From a virus, in IMG/VR virus record IMGVR_UViG_3300022937_000008, positions 50,292-114,291 of that record: a DNA stretch of 64,000 nt; one strand, given 5' to 3'. The notes beneath the pieces are model-generated. The model saw nothing but the letters and a program-made list of their open reading frames with translations. It made no database searches and was not told where the DNA came from. Position 1 is the stretch's first letter. Each line of letters begins with the position of its first letter. Below are positions 1 to 7,867 of the stretch, in pieces. Position numbers and translations under genes: made by a program.

Positions 1-1094
1 CGTGGTTCGCTATCATCTACTTTCCATTCTGGAACAGATGTGTGTGCTGACTGTTGCAATGCTGGACCATAGTATGTTGCTTTTGCAATACCTAGTGCAT
101 CAAAGTCCATGTTTGGTAAAGTATTACCGTCACCAATAACAATTGCATTAGCAAGTGAACTATCACCTACTGCATCGTCTAATGTGCCATCGCTGTAAAG
201 ATAAAGTTTACCGCTAACGTTTCTAGCAACAACACCTTGTGTTGCTGTAATAGCACCGTTAATTGCTGTAACTAAGTCATCTAATGTACCTGTTACTTCA
301 AAGTCTGTTCCGTTAATTGTAAAGTGGCCTGATGTTGCTGTAAATGTTGAGCCTTGTACTGTTGGATTACTAGCAGTCCAATCGTTACTACCTACTAATA
401 CCCAACTTCCTGAAGTTACTGTTGAACCGTTACCAGATGATTTATAGTAAATTCTAGCTGTTTCTTTTGAAGCAGTAAATGATCCACTTCCGTCAACAGT
501 TTCAAAAACTACTGCATATTCGCCGATTGCACCAACTGACCCTTTTGGCACTCCGTTGTCAATTTTGGTTGTATCGTCATCTGTTAAAACTATTGGTGTT
601 TTTGCAGCAAACTTTTGTCCACCGCTTGTTGTTACTGCTGCACCGTTCCATTCTTGAATACCGAATGTAGTGCCTCTAGTATCAATCCACCAAGTTCCAT
701 TGTCAGGATCCGCTCCCGGAGCCTCTGATGTACCTGCTAGTTGTGATAAGTCTACATCGGCTCTAGTTACAAACGCTGCGTTAGAAACACCTAGCAAACT
801 ATATGCTGCTAGAAGTCCGTATTCATTTAATTCGCTACCGTGAATCGGTGTATTACTTGCTGTCTTTTCAAAGTTTGGTACTCCAAAAAGATCTACTAAT
901 TCTTTCTGTGAAGTTACTTTAAATGCTGATCCAGCATTTGCTTTAGTTGTTGCCGCTGCTGTGCCTGTGCCTGCGGCGTTTTGTTTATCTTGTGCAGTTG
1001 CTACAATAATAAGTGGAGTTGTCCCTGGTTCTGCCGGGGTATAAAAACTCTCATCAATTACCGTAACTTCTACTCCTGGTGATTGTAGTGCCAT
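1..1094 (-). CDS. gp18: Tail sheath protein (5' part; runs off window start)
   Basis: Not in ORF track. Manual translation from ATG at 1094: MALQSPGVEVTVIDESFYTPAEPGTTPLIIVATAQDK...LFGVPNF...ELNEYGLLAAYSLLG, a typical T4-like sheath N-terminus (SPGV motif). SD AGGAG and late promoter upstream. Confidence 0.92.
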   Translation of the reverse strand, partial: MALQSPGVEVTVIDESFYTPAEPGTTPLIIVATAQDKQNAAGTGTAAATTKANAGSAFKVTSQKELVDLFGVPNFEKTASNTPIHGSELNEYGLLAAYSLLGVSNAAFVTRADVDLSQLAGTSEAPGADPDNGTWWIDTRGTTFGIQEWNGAAVTTSGGQKFAAKTPIVLTDDDTTKIDNGVPKGSVGAIGEYAVVFETVDGSGSFTASKETARIYYKSSGNGSTVTSGSWVLVGSNDWTASNPTVQGSTFTATSGHFTINGTDFEVTGTLDDLVTAINGAITATQGVVARNVSGKLYLYSDGTLDDAVGDSSLANAIVIGDGNTLPNMDFDALGIAKATYYGPALQQSAHTSVPEWKVDDSEP

Positions 1095-1145
1095 TCTAAT
1101 CTCTCCTGGTAATGTTAAAAGTTCATTACGTAACTTATGCTAATG

Positions 1146-1151
1146 TATTTA
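1146..1151 (-). promoter_or_regulatory. Late promoter (TAAATA) for tail sheath
   Basis: TAAATA core of the T4 gp55 late promoter, upstream of gp18. Confidence 0.7.
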
Positions 1152-1208
1152 GCGTAATCTTTTAAAAATGGTGCTTTAAGGTGCATATATAAAGGGATTG
1201 AAAAGGTG

Positions 1209-1214
1209 TAAATA
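1209..1214 (+). promoter_or_regulatory. Late promoter (TAAATA), 5 nt before ATG 1220
   Basis: GTAAATAACATTATG. Confidence 0.65.
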
Positions 1215-1219
1215 ACATT

Positions 1220-1558
1220 ATGAGACCACTATGTAAAGGGTGCAATAAACGCCCACGTGCAGTTAATTATAAGAAAGGTACTAAAACGTACTATCGCAAA
1301 CTATGCGAAGGATGTTTAAAGTACGGCACTAACTATGGTATCACTATGTGGGAACAGTCAGGGTACAAGAAGAAGAAATCTTGCGACAAGTGCGGTTTTA
1401 AATCAACACACGATGACATATTCAAGGTATTCCATGTAGATGGAAACTTGAACAATTGTAGACCAACTAATTTAAAAACAGTGTGCTCGAACTGTGCTGT
1501 AATAATATCAAAAGAAAATGTTACTTGGAAGCAAGGGGATCTTGTAGCAGATTTTTAA
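1220..1558 (+). CDS. Zn-finger/HNH endonuclease-like protein
   Basis: Four CxxC pairs; HVDGNLNNCRPTNLKTVCSNC resembles an HNH core. Confidence 0.7.
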   Translation: MRPLCKGCNKRPRAVNYKKGTKTYYRKLCEGCLKYGTNYGITMWEQSGYKKKKSCDKCGFKSTHDDIFKVFHVDGNLNNCRPTNLKTVCSNCAVIISKENVTWKQGDLVADF

Positions 1559-2153
1559 CCTTATCGTACATCTCTTGAATAGTTCCGTCATTGTCTATTT
1601 CATGATCAAACTCAGTACCTACCCAAGCCCATTCTGAAGCATGGATTCCGAGTTGCTTCATAGCATTCATTGAAACATTAATACCAGCATTCGCTCTTTT
1701 AGCATCTTCGTACCAAGGAGGAAGATCACCTCTTTTAACCCAAATTATAGTGCCGCCGGCTTGTTTAATACTCTTAATTTCGTTAGGAAATCTACAGTCG
1801 GAGATTACAATGTTATCTTCGCTTTTTCGTAATTTGTTTTCTAAACTAGCAATCCAAATATCATCATGAAAGTTTTTACGTGCTACTTCTGTACCCCAAT
1901 ACTGCAATACCCATCTCGGTGTAAGTGTAGGCATATGTAATCTATCTGCCCACCATTTGTCTACCTTTTCACGCCAAGCTCTTGCTTCTTTTGAACGTCC
2001 TTCTAATAGATCTCTATCCCAACCAAATACAGCCGCCACTGCATCTTTAAGAGTATTGGCATAGCTCTCTCGTCTAAACTCGTGGAAATTAACAAGATAG
2101 TCCGCAACTGTATCTTTGCCAGAACCGATAAATCCACAAACACCGATAATCAT
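1521..2153 (-). CDS. gp1: Deoxynucleoside monophosphate kinase
   Basis: P-loop GFIGSGKDT, TPRWVLQYWGTE, SDCRFPNE and HASE motifs of T4 gp1-like dNMP kinases. Confidence 0.92.
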   Translation of the reverse strand: MIIGVCGFIGSGKDTVADYLVNFHEFRRESYANTLKDAVAAVFGWDRDLLEGRSKEARAWREKVDKWWADRLHMPTLTPRWVLQYWGTEVARKNFHDDIWIASLENKLRKSEDNIVISDCRFPNEIKSIKQAGGTIIWVKRGDLPPWYEDAKRANAGINVSMNAMKQLGIHASEWAWVGTEFDHEIDNDGTIQEMYDKVKNLLQDPLASK

Positions 2154-2180
2154 AATAAAACTCTCCTTAGTATGAGTATT

Positions 2181-2209
2181 ATTATAACTGCTTATTTGCT
2201 AAATGTCAA
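2181..2209 (-). promoter_or_regulatory. Consensus sigma70 (early) promoter for dNMP kinase
   Basis: TTGACA (2209-2204), 17-nt spacer, TATAAT (2186-2181); SD AAGGAG downstream. Confidence 0.85.
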
Positions 2210-2212
2210 GTG

Positions 2213-2551
2213 TTAATAATAAGGTTTTGGCTGACCAGCTTTGCCCGTATTGAGTTTACGAGCCAATACACTTGCTGTATTGATTGCTTTTGTACGCTGT
2301 TGACGTCTTGCTTGTGTAGGTGCTGTTCTAGCACGAGTACGCTTCATACGTTGTGCTTTAGCAACATCGTATTGCTGTACACATTTGGAAGGATGACTTA
2401 CTTGTCTACCTGCTCTTGGTCCTGTTGAACAACGAAAACGCAGTTTGGTTTGTCCGCCACGCTGATTGTGTTTACCAACACCCCAAACCATTTTAGCGAC
2501 TTCGGTGTACATTTGTTCATGTTCTTCTGTGATGAAATCTGATGCTTTCAT
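2213..2551 (-). CDS. Small basic hypothetical protein, possible internal head protein
   Basis: Start reassigned to ATG 2551 (TAATG overlap with gp13 stop); MKASDFITE N-terminus resembles a capsid-targeting sequence; R/K-rich. Confidence 0.7.
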   Translation of the reverse strand: MKASDFITEEHEQMYTEVAKMVWGVGKHNQRGGQTKLRFRCSTGPRAGRQVSHPSKCVQQYDVAKAQRMKRTRARTAPTQARRQQRTKAINTASVLARKLNTGKAGQPKPYY

Positions 2552-3309
2552 TATCCAATAATCCAACTGTATCCTTGGCCGCCTGGAACTTGTGTTACCA
2601 ATTCGGCTGTTAATCTATCAATATCTGCAAATCCTTCTTGTTTCATAGAAGCACCATTAAGAGCTGTGCCTCCTTGTGGACCTGCAATACTTGCAAACTT
2701 TTCTCTTGCTTGTCCTAACATAACTTTACAGTTTGCAAGAGTATAATCTCTAACCCACTGACTTGCATATACATCTTGTAAAATAACAAAGTCGGGTTTA
2801 TTGTTGTAGCACCAAAGCAATACATTTTCATCTGCTCTCGGTCTCTGCATAATTGTTAATTTTTTGCTTTGCGGATGCCATGTAAAGTTGATAAATGAAC
2901 CAAACATCTTTCCAACAAGTTCTTGATATTGTGCAAACAATTCATATGTTGCTAGTCCGCCCATATTAGTGGAACTTAACAAATAGGTATTTGTGTAAGC
3001 GAGGTTAAATGGTTCAAACACTGTACCACCGGTTCCGCCGCCTGTGCGTGACCCTACAGATCTTCTATAAATCTGTCTAACTTGCTGTATTTCGTCTGGT
3101 AAGATATATTCGTTTTTGTCTACTTCTAATGCAAGAGTAATATAACTTTCTTCGACAGCATTGTCGGATCTTTGCTTAAAAACTCCAAGTGCTTTAGATA
3201 ATGCAGTTTCGTAGTGTATAGGATCGAGCTCAACGTCGATCATGCCATCGCCGAGAAACGCTTTACAATAATCAAAAACTTTCTGTTTTTCTTGTTCAAT
3301 TTGGCTCAT
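2551..3309 (-). CDS. gp13: Neck protein
   Basis: LGDGMIDVELDP, LGQAREKFASIAGPQGG..LNG motifs; divergent from gp14/gp15. Confidence 0.85.
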   Translation of the reverse strand: MSQIEQEKQKVFDYCKAFLGDGMIDVELDPIHYETALSKALGVFKQRSDNAVEESYITLALEVDKNEYILPDEIQQVRQIYRRSVGSRTGGGTGGTVFEPFNLAYTNTYLLSSTNMGGLATYELFAQYQELVGKMFGSFINFTWHPQSKKLTIMQRPRADENVLLWCYNNKPDFVILQDVYASQWVRDYTLANCKVMLGQAREKFASIAGPQGGTALNGASMKQEGFADIDRLTAELVTQVPGGQGYSWIIG

Positions 3310-3314
3310 ATAAC

Positions 3315-3345
3315 TATTTATGCCTTAAGCTAGAAACGGTAAATA
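3315..3345. promoter_or_regulatory. Divergent late promoters for gp13 (-, 3315-3320) and gp14 (+, 3340-3345)
   Basis: Back-to-back TAAATA motifs in a 44-nt intergenic gap. Confidence 0.7.
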
Positions 3346-3353
3346 AGTATACT

Positions 3354-4673
3354 ATGCCAAGATTAAGTTTATATCGTCCAGAAAAGGGCAAAGATTACAG
3401 TTTCATTGACAAAACTATTTGGGAAATGTTCCAGGTGGGTGGTACTGATATCTACCTACACAAATACCTAGGGTCAGGTGCTGCAATACAGGGTGATACA
3501 CCTAGTACACCTGCATATTCTACTTTAGATCCTACGAATATACAAGATATGCTATTTCTGGAAAACAGAGACAGAAAATATGACTCTGATGTCCATGTTA
3601 TGCGTGGTGTTTACAATGTTCAAGATATAGATTTCAATCTTAGTCAATTTGGTTTATTTCTACAAAACGATGTATTGTTTATTACCTTTCATATTAACGA
3701 TACTATTGAGCGTTTAGGAAGAAGAATTATATCAGGCGATGTTATAGAATTGCCTCACTTAAAAGATTACAATGCAACAAACAATTTACAATTTGCTTTA
3801 AAAAGATTTTATGTTGTAGAAGATGTTAACAGAGCAGCAGAAGGTTTTTCAGTAACTTGGTATCCTCATTTATATCGTGCAAAATGTAAACCACTAGTTG
3901 ATTCACAAGAATTCAAAGATATACTTGATCAAATTGCTAATCAAGAAGGTTTCAAAGGCGAGTTCAATCAAGGCAACACATACTATCCGGGAGATGTTGT
4001 TTCATATAACAATGAGAAGTACGAAGCAACTTGCGAGACAACAGATGCTCCTCCAGGAGAATGTTGGAAACTTGCTGACACACTTAAAGACATCATGTCT
4101 ACATACGAAAAAGAAATGCAAATTACACAGGCAGTTCTTGATCAAGCAGAAGCCGATACACCTCAAAGTGGATATGATACAACTAAACTGTTTACGCTAC
4201 AAAGAACAGAAGATGGCAAACCTGAATTAGTATCAGCAGATGATACTATTAATGATGCAGATATTGATACAATCACTGCTGATACGGTATATGCTAATGC
4301 TGAAGCTAATGGATATGCAGGTTACATACTAGGCGACGGACTTCCACCTAATGGTGCTCCGTTTACACAAGGCATAGCGTTCCCATTGGGAGCATCAGAA
4401 GGGCAGTATCATCTTAGAACTGATTATAAACCAACAAGATTGTTTATCTATAGAAAAAATAGATGGGCTAAAGTAGAGGATGATGTGAGAACAAATATTA
4501 CAAATCTAAGTGACAACGATGTTGCAGTAGGTGCTGACTTCGCAGGAAAAGTTACTAGAGAAACACAAAAAACTTCGTTTATTAATAACAACAACGAACA
4601 GGTCATCGACGGACAAACTGTTAAAGAAAAACAAAGTCTATCTAAAGCACTTAGACCGGAGGCAGATAATTAA
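3354..4673 (+). CDS. gp14: Neck/head-closure protein with inserted CBM5/12-like repeat
   Basis: LSQFGLFL, GDVIELPHL motifs of gp14-like proteins; lies between gp13 and gp15. Confidence 0.75.
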   Translation: MPRLSLYRPEKGKDYSFIDKTIWEMFQVGGTDIYLHKYLGSGAAIQGDTPSTPAYSTLDPTNIQDMLFLENRDRKYDSDVHVMRGVYNVQDIDFNLSQFGLFLQNDVLFITFHINDTIERLGRRIISGDVIELPHLKDYNATNNLQFALKRFYVVEDVNRAAEGFSVTWYPHLYRAKCKPLVDSQEFKDILDQIANQEGFKGEFNQGNTYYPGDVVSYNNEKYEATCETTDAPPGECWKLADTLKDIMSTYEKEMQITQAVLDQAEADTPQSGYDTTKLFTLQRTEDGKPELVSADDTINDADIDTITADTVYANAEANGYAGYILGDGLPPNGAPFTQGIAFPLGASEGQYHLRTDYKPTRLFIYRKNRWAKVEDDVRTNITNLSDNDVAVGADFAGKVTRETQKTSFINNNNEQVIDGQTVKEKQSLSKALRPEADN

Positions 4674-4852
4674 TGCGTATTGAAGAAATATTTGGTTTTA
4701 CAACTAGTCGTCCAAAAAAAGTTTCGATAAAAAGACGTCCACAAAAAGACGATGACGAACCTCTTGCAATTAAATTACAGCAAAGAAGAGCCGCTGCGGC
4801 AAAAGGTGATAAAACAGCGTTTACACACGATTTCAAAAAGGCAAGTAAGTAA
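4673..4852 (+). CDS. Hypothetical 59-aa basic protein (missed by ORF track)
   Basis: MRIEEIFGFTTSRPKKVSIKRRPQKDDDEPLAIKLQQRRAAAAKGDKTAFTHDFKKASK; TAATG overlaps with gp14 stop and gp15 start. Confidence 0.75.
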   Translation: MRIEEIFGFTTSRPKKVSIKRRPQKDDDEPLAIKLQQRRAAAAKGDKTAFTHDFKKASK

Positions 4853-6315
4853 TGGATTTTTTCTACGACGGACAGCTTAGAAGATACGTAACACAGTTTA
4901 TGAGAATATTCATAGGCTTTAAGTATCAAGCCGGTAATGGTGATCAACAGACTATTCCTGTTATGTATGGTGATCTAACAAGACAGGTAGCAAATATTAT
5001 CCGTGAAAATTCAGAAAACAAAATGCCTACAGTTCCAAGAATGGCTTGTTATATTACAGGCCTAACTATGGACACAACAAGATTAACTGATCCCACTTTT
5101 GTTAGTAAGGTAAACATACGTGAAAGAAAATATACAGTAGACGAAAGTGGAAATAGAACTTATACAGGTGCACCAGGTAAAAACGTAACAGTTGAAAGAT
5201 TGATGCCAACACCATATAAGCTCACAGTAAGAGCTGATTTATGGACATCTAATACAGATCAAAAATTACAAATACTAGAACAAATTATGGTGTTGTTTAA
5301 TCCTGCCTTTGAAATACAAACAAATGACAACTATATAGACTGGACTAGTTTGAGTGTTGTTTACCTAACAGGAACAAACTTTACATCTAGATCTATTCCA
5401 GCAGGAGCAGATTCAGATATTGATATTTGTAGTTTAGACTTTGAAATACCAGTATGGATTTCGCCTCCAGCTAAAGTTAAAAAATTAGGAATTGTAAGAA
5501 GTATTATTGCTAATATCTTTACTGAAGAAGGCAATGTAAAAGATCTTTCGCAATTAGTATTCAACAGTTCAAATCCAAATGCTGTTGCATACGTAAATGC
5601 AAGATATCCTGTGTTATTGTTCAAAGCAAATAATGGTCAAGATTATGATTATGAATTAACAATATTAGATCAAACTGCTGCTATACAATCATTAGGATTA
5701 GATGTTAAAGAATTTTCAGACGGTAAAAAACTTGACTGGAACGGTGTAACAGCTATGCTTGGCGGATTTACAACAGGCACAAGTATGGTACATTTCAGAC
5801 AACCTAACGGAAATGAAATTTCAGGAACGTGTGCAATACACCCAACAGATCCTTTCATAATGTTAGTAAGTATGGACCAAGATTCATTACCTGCAAACAC
5901 AGCAATAGCTTCATCGAATAGATCAGCAAGTAGTCTAACTACAATAGATGCTGTTATTGATCCTACTACATTTAATCCTATCGAAGCATGGGGAGGTTTA
6001 AGTAGTATTCCATTAGGAACTCGTTATCTATTACTAGAAGAAATTGGATACGAAGGAAATGTTGACGGAGCGGAAGCATGGAAGGGCAGTGATGGTTCTA
6101 GTCAAACATCTTATAAATTAAAACAAAACAGCATTGTTGAATGGGACGGATCTTCGTGGGAAACTGTAATGGATCCTGATACTTCTGTTTCGATCATCTA
6201 CATAACCAATCTTAAAACTGGCATCCAATATAAATGGGATGGCATCCAATGGCTCAAATCATTCGAAGGAGAGTATGCCCCAGGTTTTTGGAGATTTGAT
6301 CCAGAAGGCGCATAA
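4852..6315 (+). CDS. gp15: Tail sheath stabiliser/terminator with C-terminal extension
   Basis: FFYDGQLRRY, MPTPY, QKLQILEQI..FNP, WISPP motifs typical of T4 gp15. Confidence 0.85.
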   Translation: MDFFYDGQLRRYVTQFMRIFIGFKYQAGNGDQQTIPVMYGDLTRQVANIIRENSENKMPTVPRMACYITGLTMDTTRLTDPTFVSKVNIRERKYTVDESGNRTYTGAPGKNVTVERLMPTPYKLTVRADLWTSNTDQKLQILEQIMVLFNPAFEIQTNDNYIDWTSLSVVYLTGTNFTSRSIPAGADSDIDICSLDFEIPVWISPPAKVKKLGIVRSIIANIFTEEGNVKDLSQLVFNSSNPNAVAYVNARYPVLLFKANNGQDYDYELTILDQTAAIQSLGLDVKEFSDGKKLDWNGVTAMLGGFTTGTSMVHFRQPNGNEISGTCAIHPTDPFIMLVSMDQDSLPANTAIASSNRSASSLTTIDAVIDPTTFNPIEAWGGLSSIPLGTRYLLLEEIGYEGNVDGAEAWKGSDGSSQTSYKLKQNSIVEWDGSSWETVMDPDTSVSIIYITNLKTGIQYKWDGIQWLKSFEGEYAPGFWRFDPEGA

Positions 6316-6323
6316 GTAGTTTT

Positions 6324-6710
6324 ATGCAAAAACGTGCAGGTTTGTTATATCTATCAGCTGATACTCGACGAGTCCTTCTTATTTTAGAAAATGAGAAATG
6401 GACTGTTCCTACATTTGTCAGATCAGAAAATGTATTAGAAGATTCAAAAAATTTACAAGAATCTTTTGCAAAAGGTAAAATTCTTCCTATTGAATTATAT
6501 CTATCCAAAGATCAAGGATTTGAATATAGCACCTATATTTGCTTAGTACACGAAGAATTTCTACCTACAGATGTTTATACATTTTGTTGGGCTACATTAG
6601 AATATCTACCCAAGAATATTCATGTAGGTTTAAAGAACACATTAAATAATAATCTAATAAGAACAAAGATAGAAACAGTTTTGGAGTTAGAAAATGCATC
6701 GTTTACTTGA
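6324..6710 (+). CDS. Degenerate NUDIX-fold-like protein
   Basis: AGLLYLS..TRRVLLI and FEYSTYICLV..EF segments are NUDIX-like, but the Nudix box (GX5EX7REUXEE) is absent; TAAGTA 5 nt upstream. Confidence 0.5.
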   Translation: MQKRAGLLYLSADTRRVLLILENEKWTVPTFVRSENVLEDSKNLQESFAKGKILPIELYLSKDQGFEYSTYICLVHEEFLPTDVYTFCWATLEYLPKNIHVGLKNTLNNNLIRTKIETVLELENASFT

Positions 6711-6972
6711 TCAACCAAGAGTTAAAGAAGAACTTGCTAGTTTTAGAGAAAGAATCGAAAACGTTAAGAGCGAGTCGTTAAAACAAGAATGTGGATCTTT
6801 ATTAACACAATTAGTCGGCGAGATTAAAAACCTCGATATGTATCATGATCAACTATTTGTAAATCCACAAAAAAAATTATCAGGAATGTCTAACGACAGT
6901 AGAGAAAACGTTTCTATTTTACGTAGAAAATTAGAAAGTAAACTTAAAGATATTAAAAGAGCTAAACTATAA
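6694..6972 (+). CDS. Hypothetical helical protein
   Basis: 92-aa ORF overlapping the previous gene; GGAG upstream. Confidence 0.65.
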   Translation: MHRLLDQPRVKEELASFRERIENVKSESLKQECGSLLTQLVGEIKNLDMYHDQLFVNPQKKLSGMSNDSRENVSILRRKLESKLKDIKRAKL

Positions 6973-7848
6973 AGTTTGGAAACTTTTTACAGTTATACTG
7001 CCAACCATTGCGGCATGACTTGAACATTGATATCTGTAACCGCCTGATATAGACTCAGGAACCTTCCAGTATAAAACACCACCATAAGCAGCATTAGCAG
7101 AAGCACCTGTTGTTACAGTACCATTATCTAATACATGATACAAACCTTCATCATAGTTCGAACCTGCTGCTGTTTGTATCTGGAAAGGATGCGAAGCACT
7201 GACTCCAGATAAATCAAAGGCTATAGTTGTTCCTGAAATACAGTAAACTGTAGGATTGTCATTTGCTGCACCATATTGATCGAATCTATATGCTACTGTT
7301 CCATTTACACTAACGCTTAACATTGTAATTGCAGGTAGATAAACTTTGTCAATGGTTAAAGATGCATTGCCAGCATCTTGTAGTGTAGAAAAGTTTGCTG
7401 CGCCGCCGCTTTGTGTATTAGTGATTGTAACGGTATCAGTTCCAGGAGTAGTTGTAATTTGTATTCCTGTTCCTGCTGCAAGAGTTAAAGTATCAGTTGC
7501 AGAATCAGCAGTAACATCAGTTTGTCCGCTTACCGCTATAGTAGAAAAAGCATTCTGATTTGCTTCGCCACCACCTGCACCTACAGAGCTAATTGTAACT
7601 GTATCTGTTGTTGCATCTGTAGTGAGTGTTACATTAGAACCAGCAACTAATGTTAATGTGCCAGTTGGACTATCTGCAACTACATTGTCTTGTGTTGCTA
7701 CAGCAATTACTCCAAAACTACTAGCTTGTCCAGCACCTCCGCTGGTAAGAACGTTCCACACTCCGGCAGTGGCATCATATTGCCATGTGGTTCCGCTCTG
7801 TGAAAACTGTTGTCCGTTTGTTGGACTGTCTGGATAATTAATTGCCAT
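6967..7848 (-). CDS. Virion structural/fibre protein with C-terminal cupredoxin (type-1 copper) domain
   Basis: N-terminal YPDSPTNGQ..W.Y....W fibre motif; two internal ADS.TDTLTL.AG repeats; C-terminal SHPF...YQCSSHAAM (His, Cys, His, Met ligand set). Confidence 0.75.
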   Translation of the reverse strand: MAINYPDSPTNGQQFSQSGTTWQYDATAGVWNVLTSGGAGQASSFGVIAVATQDNVVADSPTGTLTLVAGSNVTLTTDATTDTVTISSVGAGGGEANQNAFSTIAVSGQTDVTADSATDTLTLAAGTGIQITTTPGTDTVTITNTQSGGAANFSTLQDAGNASLTIDKVYLPAITMLSVSVNGTVAYRFDQYGAANDNPTVYCISGTTIAFDLSGVSASHPFQIQTAAGSNYDEGLYHVLDNGTVTTGASANAAYGGVLYWKVPESISGGYRYQCSSHAAMVGSITVKSFQTL

Positions 7849-7867
7849 TTATGTACCTCAGTAGTAT

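Noticed and set aside
6967-7848. Photosynthetic plastocyanin (petE) implying a cyanophage
   Set aside because: Domain is fused to a fibre-type protein with no signal peptide; no photosynthesis genes in the window
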